A program made the translations under genes and the position numbers. The notes beneath the pieces were generated by a model that made no database searches, was not told where the DNA came from, and worked only from the letters and a program-made list of their open reading frames with translations. From Camelus dromedarius (lineage: Eukaryota): a stretch of DNA of 64,000 nt. The stretch covers positions 62,436,001 to 62,500,000 of the forward strand of contig NC_087436.1 in the NCBI RefSeq assembly GCF_036321535.1. The letters run 5' to 3'. Of the stretch, positions 25,481-37,461 are shown in pieces. How positions within the stretch are numbered: position 1 is the stretch's first letter; each line of letters starts with the position of its first letter.

Positions 25481-26794
25481 ATACAGGTGGATGAAATTAG
25501 AGTCTTCCACAAGTGCTCCACTTTTCGAAGTTTGAATAAGTTAAGCAATAATCTGGTGAACTGTTAGAAACTAGAGATGTCGTAATGTAGCCAGTACCAT
25601 GAATGGAAGGGGAAAAAGATTCAATTACTGATATTGTTAATATCTTGACAAAAGCAATTGAGTTCCACTAACATTCTGAAACAATTTGCCGAGTTCAAAT
25701 ATTGTTGTATAGAAAATAGAATAAGGGTAAAGACAAAACCACAGTGTAAAGCTTAAAGAATATTTATCCATTTTCTGTATGGAAATACGTGCCTGGGCCA
25801 TAGTGTTAATTTCTAAAAATGAATGTAGGGAGTAAAAATTCTTCCAGACTATAATACTAGGAGACAATTTAATAAACAGTTTGGGAAGGAAAATTAAAAC
25901 TTGTAGTCTTAATAATTGAACACAGTATTTAAAATATCATTTAAATTGAAAAATGGCACTTGTAATTGAGTAGAATCCAAATCTGTACATCAAGTAGAAT
26001 ATTGAACTCTGTGGTCTGGTTTGCCAGAAAGTTCCCCCTAGGGCTCTGGTAGTTGCAGCTTTATCAGCTGTGTAAGTATAGCCAGATTGTTGGAAATGTG
26101 GAGCCTTGGTGATTTGATCCTTTGTCCTGTGCTAAAGAGAGTGTTGACCTCTTAAGTGACTTTTTATAAGTATATAAAATACTAAATAATTTTATCATAT
26201 GCTGAAGAATGCTTCAGGTTTTAAGCTGTATTTATATTTTTATAAGTGCATTCCAAATTTTAATAAATTAGCTGAAAGAAAAATTTGAAAAGCTAGAGTA
26301 ATTATTAGAACATTTTGGAAACAACTATCTCAATATTGATAAGAGAAATAATTCCAGATGGCAATGAGGAATAAATAATATAGTTGACAGAAAGAGCAAA
26401 TTTGACATGATGTGTTTAAAAAATTCACTGTGAATCAGTGGCTACCAAAATCAGAGCCGTATGAGTAATGTTTAAGTTGGCTTCATAATTTTATTCCATC
26501 AAGTATGATATTAAATTTCAGCTTAGAAAATGAAACCTCATTTACTTCAGTTTTAGAGACAAGATCACAAGAAGTCAAGGTAAGAACAAACAGTAGAACA
26601 AAGAATATATTTCTAGTTGGTGATTTAGTACACTTTAAAGGGATACTGTCAAGGATGACAGGGCTCAAATTGAACCTACCCTGTATATAAATGATTGTGT
26701 TTGGCTCCTTCAGGACTCAGGGCCCTAGGATTTGTAACCCAATGAACTCAGCTGAAAATGTATTATCATTAGAGAGGCTTAGGTATTAAGTAGT

Positions 26795-26925
26795 TATGAG
26801 AAAAGTGGTGAGCCTCTTTTTCCTGCATTCAAGCAATGCCTGTCTGTGATCACTATGGAACTAAATATGTGGGAATATTGGATATCTGAGGAAGTTCTGT
26901 GCTCTGTGTTCAATGATATTATTAT
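26795..26925 (+). mobile_element. Possible L3/CR1 3' end
   Basis: gtggtgagcctc...ttcaagcaatgcctg...ttggatatctgaggaagttctgtgctctgtg weakly resembles an L3 3' end. Confidence 0.35.
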
Positions 26926-26989
26926 CTAACCCTGTCTATATTCTGCATCTATATATCTGTGCCTGTCATATGTTAGCTTCTGAGATATT

Positions 26990-27120
26990 TTATACTCTCA
27001 GTTTCCAATTTCAGAGAGAGATTAAATATCTTGCTCAGGGACACCAATTTGGTCATTGTAATTTTGTTTGAATCCATGTTGTCTGATTCAGATATCCATG
27101 TTCTTTCCACTGTACAATGC
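26990..27120 (-). mobile_element. MIR SINE fragment
   Basis: cagagagagattaaatatcttgctcagggacac...tttgaatccatgttgtctgattcagatatccatgttctttccactg. Confidence 0.75.
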
Positions 27121-27619
27121 AGACTCTCAAAGTGGAGATTCAGGTAAACTTAACAAGCATTTTGGAGATTAACTTGCCTATAGAAAGCTTTTTTTTTTTT
27201 TAAAACTGGTGCCATTCATAATCCAGCTATCCGAAACACACACACACATATATACTACAGGATACATGTATGAAATACATAGTTTCAAGTTTTTATTAAA
27301 TGTTTTATTAAATGCTAAGAATGAAATGTTAAGAATGCTATAACTCATGAGTTTTGTAGGTACTCTGTAGATACACAATCATAAATTACTAGTAGTATTC
27401 AATTTATATTTGTAAATCCTAAGGACTTTCAAATACATATTTTATGTATATCCTTTATATTTGTGCCCATGTTATTAATAAGCAGTTGTATTGTAATTGA
27501 CTGCACTTAAATAAAAAATATATAAATAAGCAGTCCTATAGAAAATGTTAGTTTTAACATTTATACAAATTGAACCCATGACTGCATTTCATTCAGTAAG
27601 AATGGACAATAACTAGATA

Positions 27620-28450
27620 CATTTGTGTTTCTTGCTTGTCGCTTGACATTGGGATTGGATTGTATCATTTGGCATGTGTCTCCTTTCAAAATGAGGGCAG
27701 CATTTCAATTACTATATATTTGTGCCAAATTCTGGCTAAACTGTTTAATTCACATGGACCTGCAGGGATTGTAGCTGTGGGCTTTGTTTGTTCTTGTTCC
27801 TATAAATCACAGGACAAGGCAGATTTTAGGACACTGTTTGAATCAGTCCCTCAGGTCTCCCTTAACAAATGGGTGTCACTCACAAATGCTGGCGATGATG
27901 ACTTCCTGATTTCAATCGCACTTTTAGAGGGCTGGTAGAGTGACCTATGGCCTTTTTTGCAGTCAGTCCCAGGAAGATGGGAAATAGTAATTATAGTGTA
28001 ATAAAGCACAAGAGGACTCTATTTAAATGGCAGAATTTGCATTTAAATGGGAATTTTAAAATGAAAACATGTAAAAGCTTGATAGGTACAATATTTAGTA
28101 TACAGCTCATGCCAGCTGTTAGAAGTACGCTTAATCACATGTCATGTGTGGATGTGCAGAGGTGTGCTTCTGTGCTTGCCCAAAGGGCACGGGTGGAGAA
28201 TTTGAATGAGATTGAAAAGGAAAAGGTAAAAATAGCCATAAATATTACGTTTTTTTATCAAATTGAATTATAAGCGTATTTTGGTTTTTTAACAGAGTAG
28301 GGAATTAATTCTTTTGGGGCACTCCAGTGTTATGACCTATAGCTAAGGACAATGACTAATTGATTAACACTTAGGAAATGTAATGGAATTTAACTTCCTG
28401 AACTGCCCACAATAATTCTGCATTAATCCATTAATTGAAAGTGTTTATTT
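27620..28450. promoter_or_regulatory. Candidate conserved non-coding element/enhancer
   Basis: ~800-bp repeat-free block; octamer ATTTGCAT at 28035-28042, ETS core ACTTCCTG, dense TAAT cluster at 28350-28440. Confidence 0.45.
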
Positions 28451-29699
28451 ATATCCTGGATAGGAAATTAAGGTATACAGAAATTTAAATACATTTGAGA
28501 GTTGGGAGGCATTTTGAAATTGATGTGAAAATCTATCATGAAAGTGATTTCCTTTTTTTAAAATAAAGTGGATACTCATGAGGATACCTTTGCAGATTGT
28601 GAGAAGGCAAACAAACTCACTTCACTCAATGCAGCAAATAATATGATGAAGGAGAAATAATGTTTAAAGACTGTGTGTTATTTCAGATGTTTTCTGTTTT
28701 GCTGAGGTAGTGATTTTATTGAATAACTCAACCAATATAGCCTATTGAAAAGAAATGATAAAAGGTATATTTTCAGAGATTCCCAATTTGTAAAAAGTTC
28801 TGTCAGAATGATGTTACTGCCCAACTGTTCAACAAATAGCTATAAATCAATTAGTTTTCTGATCACAAGACAAGGTAAAAATGTATACTATAGTGTTTCA
28901 AACCTTGTCGTAAGGCAGCTGAGTAAAAATACAGGTAGCTTGTTTCTTAGGTTTCACATATTCAAAGGCAGACAACTATCAGAAACAAGTTTGAGGTCAT
29001 CTATGTGAAAACAGTTTCTAAAGTGTATTCTCTATTGAAGGCAGTTAAATCAGCATAGTAATCAATGCATATGAGTATTTCTCACCCTTTCATGTTTGCT
29101 CTTTATATTTAATAATGAAAATGCAAATACCAGTGTTACCACAGACAGACTCACCTTATTATTTGGATTTTCTTGAGCATATCTCTTTCTAGCATATAAA
29201 GCTGTTAGGAAGAAAAGAGCTCAAACAAAGATACATGTCTGCTGTCTATATGTGCTTGTGGACTCATGATTTTAGTGATTACATAAGTTATAAAATAGCA
29301 AAGGGCCCTACTTACAGTCCAGCAGACTCACCTGGTTTTGAGCACACTTAGTTATGGAGTAGAAGCTTTTGTAAATACAGCAGTATCCATGTCAGAAAGT
29401 AACAAGGATTCTGATGAACTTCAGTTTGATATGAAATTTCATGGATGATGCTATGTGTTTCTCAGAGGGATGAGCAGTCCATTTGAACTCCATTTATGAA
29501 AGAGTTGTAGGGGTTCTCAAGTGCCTGAAGATACCCCTCCCAAGCCTCAGTGACCTCCAGCATGTTTCCTTCCACCTGCAATTATATCTTTCAGTTTTAA
29601 TCTCATTTATTAACTCCCAAATTGAGCTTAGTATGTTCTCCTTGCTCTAACAGTGACGGAAGTTAATGAAAAATAAAGAGAAGTGGGCCCTGAAAACTT

Positions 29700-30200
29700 T
29701 CATTCATCTATTTTGTCATTTGATAACTATTTAGTGAACACATACTATATCCCAGGTGCTTTTTAGCTACTGGACATAAAACAGTATATAAAATAGTAAA
29801 ATCCTTGTACTCAAATTATATAATGTATATAACATAATGCTAGGTAACAAAAGCAAGTTAAACACATGTTAAGACCCCAAAACTTGGTACAGTGTGAGAG
29901 AAGTGCTATTTTATATAAGGTTTTTAAGGGACCTGAATAAATTAACTATGCTGGAGACGTCCTGGGCAACGTTTGTGTGGATGGTACTAAGTGTCCAGAG
30001 TCTAGATTACTTTACTTGATATTTTATGCAATATCACACCCAAGTCAAGCTCAACTCTTTCATAAAGAGTTAGTGAGGAAATGGAGCCAGGAAGAGTAGT
30101 TAGTAAGCCATGGCAGTGATACCAGAAGAGGTGAGGATACTATGGACTAAGATGATGGCAGTTGAGCAAACAGAAGTGAGAGTATTTGAACGGTATTAAA
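29700..30200 (-). mobile_element. L2 LINE 3' fragment
   Basis: tcatttgataactatttagtgaacacatactatatcccaggtgct...tggactaagatgatggcagttgag. Confidence 0.65.
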
Positions 30201-30487
30201 GAAATAAGTAATAAGGGTAGACTTATTTCTTCCATTTGATTTTCTCAGTTTAAACACAATTCTTTCCATCTATTTTTGTGAATATCTATATTAAGTACAG
30301 ATATGATCTCCAGTCGTTTGAGAATATTAAGCGATTCTCTACTGCTGCATGGAATCTAATGAAGGGAAGTAGTTGCAGGGGAATATTATCAACAAAATAT
30401 GTATGGTGGTTATCTTAGGTACATTGTTTAAAGCTTCCAAATATATATGGAGAGAGTTAGTATCATTTTGGGGGAGTAGTAATTAAG

Positions 30488-30586
30488 TTTATTTATTTAT
30501 TTATTTTTAGAGGAGCTGCTGGGGATTGAACCCAGGACCTCATGCATGTTAAACATGTGCTCTAACAGTGAGCTATACCCTCCTCC
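30488..30586 (-). mobile_element. tRNA-Ala-derived SINE (camelid vic-1 type)
   Basis: Reverse complement GGAGGAGGGTATAGCTCACTGTTAGAGCACATGTTTAACATGCATGAGGTCCTGGGTTCAATCCCCAGCAGCTCC plus (TAAA)n tail; A box and B box (GGTTCAATCCC) present. Confidence 0.85.
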
Positions 30587-30809
30587 TTATATATTAAGTA
30601 CTGTTTAAAATCTTATTAATAACTTTTTTCTATATAATGAGGGACATGTTTTTTCCATTGTGGATAAAAATAATCAGTTCCTCATGAGGCCTTAACTAAG
30701 TCCGCCAGAGAAGGTTAGGCACCCTGACATATGTTTCAGTGGCGTCTTGTATAATCTGTGTTAACATCTTCATACTTCATTGAGAAAACTGTCTAAAACC
30801 TTTCTTCTT

Positions 30810-30935
30810 CACTAGAAATAAGATCTGTGAATTCAAAACCTGTCTATACAAGACATTTTTGGGGCTCTAGCACCTATGATATTCCTGGTAAAGCAGATAC
30901 TCAAAAATATTTATGGAAAAACTAGATGAATAAAA
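30810..30935 (+). mobile_element. L2 3' end fragment
   Basis: cactagaaataagatctgtga...ctctagcacctatgatattcctgg...actcaaaaatatttatggaa...tgaataaa. Confidence 0.6.
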
Positions 30936-32179
30936 GGGAGACAATATTGTACCTGTAATTTTCTCTGGACTATTAAAACATTTATCAAAATCAAAGATAC
31001 TTTTTGGATTAAATTTAATTTTTTAAAGTCAATTAATATGGTGCTGTGAGAGATATGTGGCGGGCTGATTGGCATATCTGGTAAGTAGTTAGTAATAAAA
31101 ATCTATGGAGTTAACAATTCTTAGGATCCTAATGTCCCCATCCTTTTAGGACTCAGAACTGAAATCAGAGGATATAATGACAGCTTGGAGCAAATATTAG
31201 TAAAAAAAAAAAGTAAGATTGGATTTGACATAACAAATAAGTATGAGCTCTTTTCTCTGGTTAATATTAAATCCTTCCCTGTGGTTCTTATTTCACATTA
31301 TTAGACATTTTGCAAGTGATATTGCTGGATAGGTGTAAATTAGAAGAAAAATTTAAGTAAAAAAATGACATGCTGCAAATACTTTTTCAATCGGTTGAAA
31401 TTCTGTTACTTCTAGGGTTAAAAAAACTAAATAAATTCAAAACATAATAACAGTGGTAAAAGTCTTCATATTTATAAATTCTGAAAACATCTTGAGAGAA
31501 AAGGCATATGCACGTTAAATGTAATTAGGCTTCCTCTTTTGCCTTTATATTAGTAATGTATAATGTATATATGTAATAACATCTGCCTTTTATAAAACTG
31601 ATCTCAGCTGTTAGTTGTCTAAAATTGATTACATAAATATTCCTGATCTTAAATCATTTTAAGACAGGATTTCAATGAATTTTTTTGAGCATTCATGCAG
31701 AAATGGTAGTTATGCAGAGTTGCGCTTCTTAGTAAATAAACTATATTTTCAACTTTACCCTTTCAATTTTGTAGGTAAGGGCATAAAGAAGCACAGGAAT
31801 ATTTATTTTAGAATTTTTTAAAAATCTTCCATCTCAGCTCTGTGTTATATTTTCTCAGTGATTAACAATTTTAGTTTCATAAACCATTGGTTTTGTTCAG
31901 TCCATAATTGCATTATTGACTAGTATGTTTATTCTTTTTTAAGGTACTATATTTGTTCTTATATGTATTATACTTAAATTAAAGCTTAATTTTCCTTGGC
32001 TTTTGATAGCTTTCTCATATGTGTGGGCTGGTCAGTACTCACTTGATTGTTCTAGGAGTGTTAATGTTCTTTTAATGGAATGATGTATGACACCATGTAT
32101 TTTACATAAATTTTCAAATACAATAATATTTTTTATGGCCACACTACTAACAGACTATAAATTAAGCTCAGAATGGAAT

Positions 32180-33300
32180 ACTGGGGAATTTCATGTCCAA
32201 TCAAGATCTGGACTAATACTCAGCCAGAAACAACTGAAAATGGGGAAAAAAGCAAAAAAAAAAAAAAAAAGTTCTCAAGACATTGGAATCAGGCAGTGAA
32301 GGACAGTGATACATGGGATGTGGGAAACAAATACAGTGAGCCTGATAATTGCTTTAGCCTACTTTCAGAATCAAGAAACCCAAATGTAGCCTGAGAATCT
32401 CCCTCGCTGGAGAAGATGAAGCTGTTACTCTAGAGGTCAGTGAAGCTACAATGAGCAGGCACAAGTATCAGAGAAGAGAGAATTGCTTGGATAAATAGCT
32501 TTCAAGATCTTCAGAGGATAGCCTTTGAGTAATCATCTGAGTACTAATCAATCAAAGATTGTGAGTAACTTCCAAGATTGGGTGGAAAATCACCCAAGAG
32601 GATTAGCAGGAACAATATCTGAAGCTCCCATAGGTTGAGAGTATTTCCTGTTTCTACCAGACAGAGGCTAAACCCTTATAATTTACAGAACATCAGGTAT
32701 GTTACTTAGAAGGGTCTTGCCTCAGTGGTAGAGGAAAATTAGACATAGAATAAATCTTGCTCTTATCTCAACTAATGAAGATAAACAAACAAGTTACAAA
32801 AAATTAGCTATTTCTAATTTAACTTAAACAAATCTCAGAATGAATCTTATGATTTTTTGTATTAATACAAAAATCCAACAACCAACAAGGTAAATTTCAC
32901 AATGCCTGTCATCCAATCAGAAATGCCCAGGCATGGAAATAAGCAGAAAAATGCAACCTACTATGAGAATAGAATCAATTAATTAAAATCAACACAAATA
33001 ACCAATATGGTAGAATTAACATAAAAGAACATTAAAAACAGATGCAGCTGCTTCCCATAGGTTCACGATGCTAGAGAAAAAATTACGTACATAAATTAGA
33101 GACAAGGAAAATATAAAAAGGACCAGAATCAACCTTCTATAAGATGAAAACCACAATCACTGAGAAGAAAACTACACCAGATAGGGCTAATAATATTGCA
33201 GCGGAAAATATTAGTGAACAGGAACACAATGTAATAAGTATCCAAAATGAAAGACAGAAAAGAATGACTGGAAGACAAACACAGATGTAAAGTTCAGAGA
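32180..33300 (+). mobile_element. L1MC/L1MD-type 5' region and ORF1 remnant
   Basis: caagacattggaatcaggcagtgaaggacagtgat, caacaaggtaaatttcacaatgcctgtcatccaatcag, then A-rich ORF1-like tract. Confidence 0.75.
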
Positions 33301-33316
33301 CATGTATATTAGCAAA

Positions 33317-33352
<36 letters not shown>

Positions 33353-33368
33353 CACACACATACACACA
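33317..33368. repeat. (TC)n(CA)n microsatellite
   Basis: Read directly. Confidence 0.95.
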
Positions 33369-33569
33369 GATATGTATATGAAGAAAAATAAATTCCTTTA
33401 AGTAGGAGAAAAATTATACTAAATAGAAATCTGGATTTTTCCAAAGGAGTGAAGAGAAGCAGAAATAGTGATTACAGGGGTATATGTGTATAAAAGACAA
33501 AACAAAATTAAGTCTCCTTAAAAGTTAATTTATTATTTAAAGTAAATGTCACAGTTGTGCACTGTGATG

Positions 33570-33741
33570 TTTCTATAACGGGGGCAGAGAGTAAATAGTT
33601 TAGTCTTTGAGGAATACATTTGGTCTCTATTGCATATTTTTTGTTTTGTGTTGTTTATAACTTTAAAAGGGCAAAAACCATTTTTTGTTGTTGTTGTTCT
33701 TAGGCTATACAAAAACAGGCTGCGAGTAGGTAGGATTTGGA
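33570..33741. mobile_element. MER58B-like hAT-Charlie DNA transposon fragment
   Basis: agagtaaatagttt...ggtctctattgcatattt...aaaaccattt...tacaaaaacaggctgcg...ggatttgg. Confidence 0.65.
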
Positions 33742-33759
33742 AGAAAAAGAGGAAACTGT

Positions 33760-34200
33760 ATACAAAGAACAGATGGAATAAATGGAAAACAAATAGCAAG
33801 ATGATTTATTTAAAATAAACTATAATAATTTAAATAGTCTAAACACTCCAATTTAAAGATGAGAATTTTCAGGTAGGATTAAAAAATCCAGGACACCATT
33901 CACTTTATGTTGGCTGTAAGATACTCTATTTATACAGGTACAAATAAATTAAAATAATGGAAATAAATATACCATGCTAACACTAATCAAGTGAAATTTG
34001 AATGATTAACTGATTCTAGAGAAAAGAATATTATGAGAAATTAAGAGGAATATTTCATAACAATAATAGAGTCAATTCACCAAAAAGGCCTAATAATCTT
34101 AAATATGTATGCATCTAATATTAGAGCTTCAATGTACATGCACCAAAGTTTTCTAAAGCTACAAAGAAAAATAGACAAAATCACAATTATAGTCAGAAGA
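33760..34200 (+). mobile_element. L1 ORF2 endonuclease-region remnant
   Basis: tctaaacactccaatttaaag, ataccatgctaacactaatcaa, gtcaattcaccaaaaagg...aaatatgtatgcatctaata...gaaaaatagacaaaatcacaattatagt. Confidence 0.8.
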
Positions 34201-34278
34201 AATAGGTGATTTAAGTGGATGTACACAATATCATGTGAGCTCAGAACTCTTTTGTGATTAATAAATGAGAAGTGCAAC

Positions 34279-34733
34279 TGTATATTGGTTTCCTAGGGCT
34301 GCCATAAGAAAGTACCAAAAATGGATGCCTCAGAGCAACAGAAATTCATTGCCTCACGGTTCTGGAGGCTTGAAGTACAGAGTCAAGTTATTGTCTGGGC
34401 TGTGCTTTCTCTGAAGCCGCTAAGGGAGACTCCTTCCTTATCTCTTCCTGGCTTCTGATGGTGTCCGTCAGTCCTTGGTGTTCCTGGGTTTGCAGCTGCA
34501 TCATTCCAATCTCTGCCTCTGTCATCACATGGCATTTTCCTGTGTGTCTGTCTTCCCTCTTCTTACAAGGACACTAGTCATAATGGAATAGGGCCCATCC
34601 TACTCAAGTGTGCACTCTAATCTTAAATAACTGCATCTATAATAACCCAATGTCCAAAGAAGTTCACATTCTAAAATAATAGATGTTAGGACCTTAACAT
34701 ATCTTTTGGGGGGACACAATTCAACCCATAACA
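34279..34733 (-). mobile_element. MLT1C-like MaLR solo LTR, full length
   Basis: TG...CA ends; tttcctagggctgccataa, ggttctggaggc, ggggggacacaattcaacccataaca; 5-bp flanks gcaac/gcaat. Confidence 0.9.
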
Positions 34734-34938
34734 GCAATAATTAGATTTTCTCTAACGTAGGCCGTACATTAAGAGTAAACTGAATCTCAGTTGCATAGAT
34801 AATTATTGAATATGGCATGAAAAGAGAAGACCTAAAAGTAACTGTAAGCTTAAAGACACAGAACCAGTAGCAGGAGAGGATAAGGTAGATAATGTATTCT
34901 AATTTGAATTTGAGTCAGTAATAGGCCATTTTTGTTGT

Positions 34939-35073
34939 CTGATTTTTTTTCTGCAGAAAAAGAAAGGGGGGGAAAGAAGCTGACTTAGACAAAGACTTTT
35001 AAAGTCATTCACATCTGCAACTTACATTCTTAAGGGCTAAAAAGCACCAGTCCCTTCTATACTAAATCACTCT
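34939..35073 (+). repeat. Diverged direct repeat, copy A
   Basis: 34975-35073 aligns without gaps to 37363-37461 at 86/99 identity (hand count). Confidence 0.9.
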
Positions 35074-35978
35074 GTTATATTGTATACTGGATCTCATAAT
35101 GGATCAGGGGCTCTAGTCCTTTGCATAGATGTGACAAGTGAAGTTACAGGATGCTATGCAATACACAAGAGAAATAATTTGTTAAACAAAATGTAGAGTA
35201 CTGTGTCCATAGCCTTAGTAGATTCTGCATATACTTAGAGCTTCAGAGGAGGGGAAAATAGTGGTACAGAGAGGGAGAAGGATAATCATAGTTACGGGGA
35301 GGCTTGAACAGTCACCAGGACACAACGTTGGAAATGTAGGTTATCAAGATAGGCTGTTGTCTAGCCAGCTCTTCCAGATTTGGTAAAAGATCACAACAAA
35401 ACACAAGCAGAGAATAAACCTCAAAATCATTTCATGAGATTTTGGGGAAATAATTGATGATCTTGAAGAAAGTAGTTTCAGTAAATTGTTCAGAATGAAA
35501 GAAGGTTATTAGGGAGTAAAAAGAAAAATTAGACACAGATCTTAAAATTGAATCATTTTGTATTTAAAGCAAAAAGATGACAGTAGCGTGAAGAAGCATA
35601 GGCAATGGGAGGTTTTGTTTTATTTTTAACAAGGGAACGGTTCTTACAGAACACATCAGATGAGAAGACAAGGCCTACATTAATAAAGAGTCTGAAAGTA
35701 CGAGGGAGAGAGGAGACCACATACTGGATTATAGGGTATTTGCAAAAGTCCTATTTCACTGTTACACTATATCAGCTTTTCCTTCTGCATGAATCCATTC
35801 CACTCCCTACATTACAATTACTTTAACTAATTCAGCCAATTATTGAATGAAAGATATGCAAATATCCTATATTCCTGTATGTTTGGGGGTTCTGTAAACT
35901 GTGTAGTAATGCAATATTAACAAATTTAAAATTGTCAATATAATTTAAAAAATATTATTATTTACTGTAGAATGGTCT

Positions 35979-36568
35979 TGTGGGAGCCCATGATTGGGTT
36001 AACAACTTGTAACAGACCCCAGCCACTTGTCTCCTTAAAGAAGAACAAATGTGCTTAGTAACTGCCTTGCACGCAGGCGCCTGTGCATCCGCACTCCGGT
36101 CTCCTTGCCATAAAAAGCAGAGACAATGCCTTGCTTGCATAGTTGAGGTTTTAGATAGCACTCTGCTAGTTGCAAAGCAATGACTCAGGCCCTCAGCTAT
36201 AAACGCTGGGCGTGCCTGCTGTTAGATAGTCTTCTATCCCCAAAGCAAGGAACTGTTTGGTCTGGTGGTCTGCTCTAACATATCTATAAGAATGTATCTT
36301 GTTCCCCTCTCCCCATGACTTCCCTAAAGGTAAACTAAGCCTTTGTACTCATTGTGATTTCTACAATCTGGATCCCACCCTGTCTTTCCCTAAATTCCTG
36401 CATTCTGTCACACAACTGTCAGTGATTTCTCCTTTGATTGTACACAATAAATGTGGGAGCATTTGAGAGGCTCATGGAGTTGACTCCCTCTCACTCTCTT
36501 GACTTTTTCCACAGAGTCTCGAGTAATTCATTCTGTCTCGGTGGGACTTCTGCCGACCAGAACCCACA
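35979..36568 (+). mobile_element. ERVK (class II)-like solo LTR, 590 bp
   Basis: Starts TGTGGG, ends CCCACA; perfect 6-bp TSD TGGTCT (35973-35978, 36569-36574); TATAAA 36198, AATAAA 36446, CpGs retained. Confidence 0.85.
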
Positions 36569-36744
36569 TGGTCTCAAAAATCTTGCCTTTTGCTTTCTTG
36601 TGTTTTCTTTTTAATCCTTTTATAGCTGATATATATCATCTATTATTAATAAATTCTATGAATATTATCATTTACAAATTTTGTTGTAATCTATGCTTAA
36701 ATATAATTACAGCACATATTGACTCATTCTGTCATCACTATTAC

Positions 36745-36900
36745 TATATTGGTAAGGTTCATTCTTATTTATATTTGAGGAAACAGATGCACAGAAATGT
36801 TAAGTTATATTCCCAAGGCAGCACACTTTATAAAAAGCAAAGTTGAGATGGGAGCTAAGCAATCTGGTTTCTAGAGTCCTTATTCATATTTGCTATAGTG
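36745..36900 (-). mobile_element. MIR SINE fragment
   Basis: tttgaggaaacagatgcacagaaatgttaagttatattcccaaggcagcaca. Confidence 0.7.
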
Positions 36901-37323
36901 TGCAGACTAATATTAGAGTTCAATTTACACATCTTCCTGTGATTTCCAAGAAATAACTTTAGAGTATATTTTCTTCCTCTTTACTGTCTTTCTGTGAACT
37001 TTAAGCATAGAGAATTTAATAAGAACATGACATAATAGAACTAAATATAACGTGTGTGTGTAAGAGAGTCTGCTTTTGTACTTCTTCACCCCTTCAATGA
37101 ACCTCAAGTTCAGGCATTAATTCCAGAAATAAAAATTGTAGTGCACTTTAATATTCCCCGATAACTGACCTATGAACTACCTGAAATAGTCAAGATATTA
37201 CAACAGAGACATACAAAGGACATGCCAGCCAATTCTTGACATATATAATGTTAGGGACCTTAGTACAACCATGGCTCAGCAGTAGCTGAAAGGTTAATGG
37301 AATTGGGATTTGTGTAGACATGA

Positions 37324-37461
37324 CTGATTTTCCTCCTGCAGGAAGGAAAGCAGGGAGAGGAGAGAAGCTGATTTGGACAAAGACCTTTAAGGTCATTGAC
37401 ATCTGCATCTTTCTTTCTTAAGGGCAGCAAAGCACCAGTCTCTTCTACACTAAATCACTCT
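37324..37461 (+). repeat. Diverged direct repeat, copy B
   Basis: Partner of 34939-35073, offset 2388 bp. Confidence 0.9.

Noticed and set aside
30510..30586. Functional tRNA-Ala gene
   Set aside because: Mutated A box and anticodon arm plus a (TAAA)n tail indicate a SINE copy.
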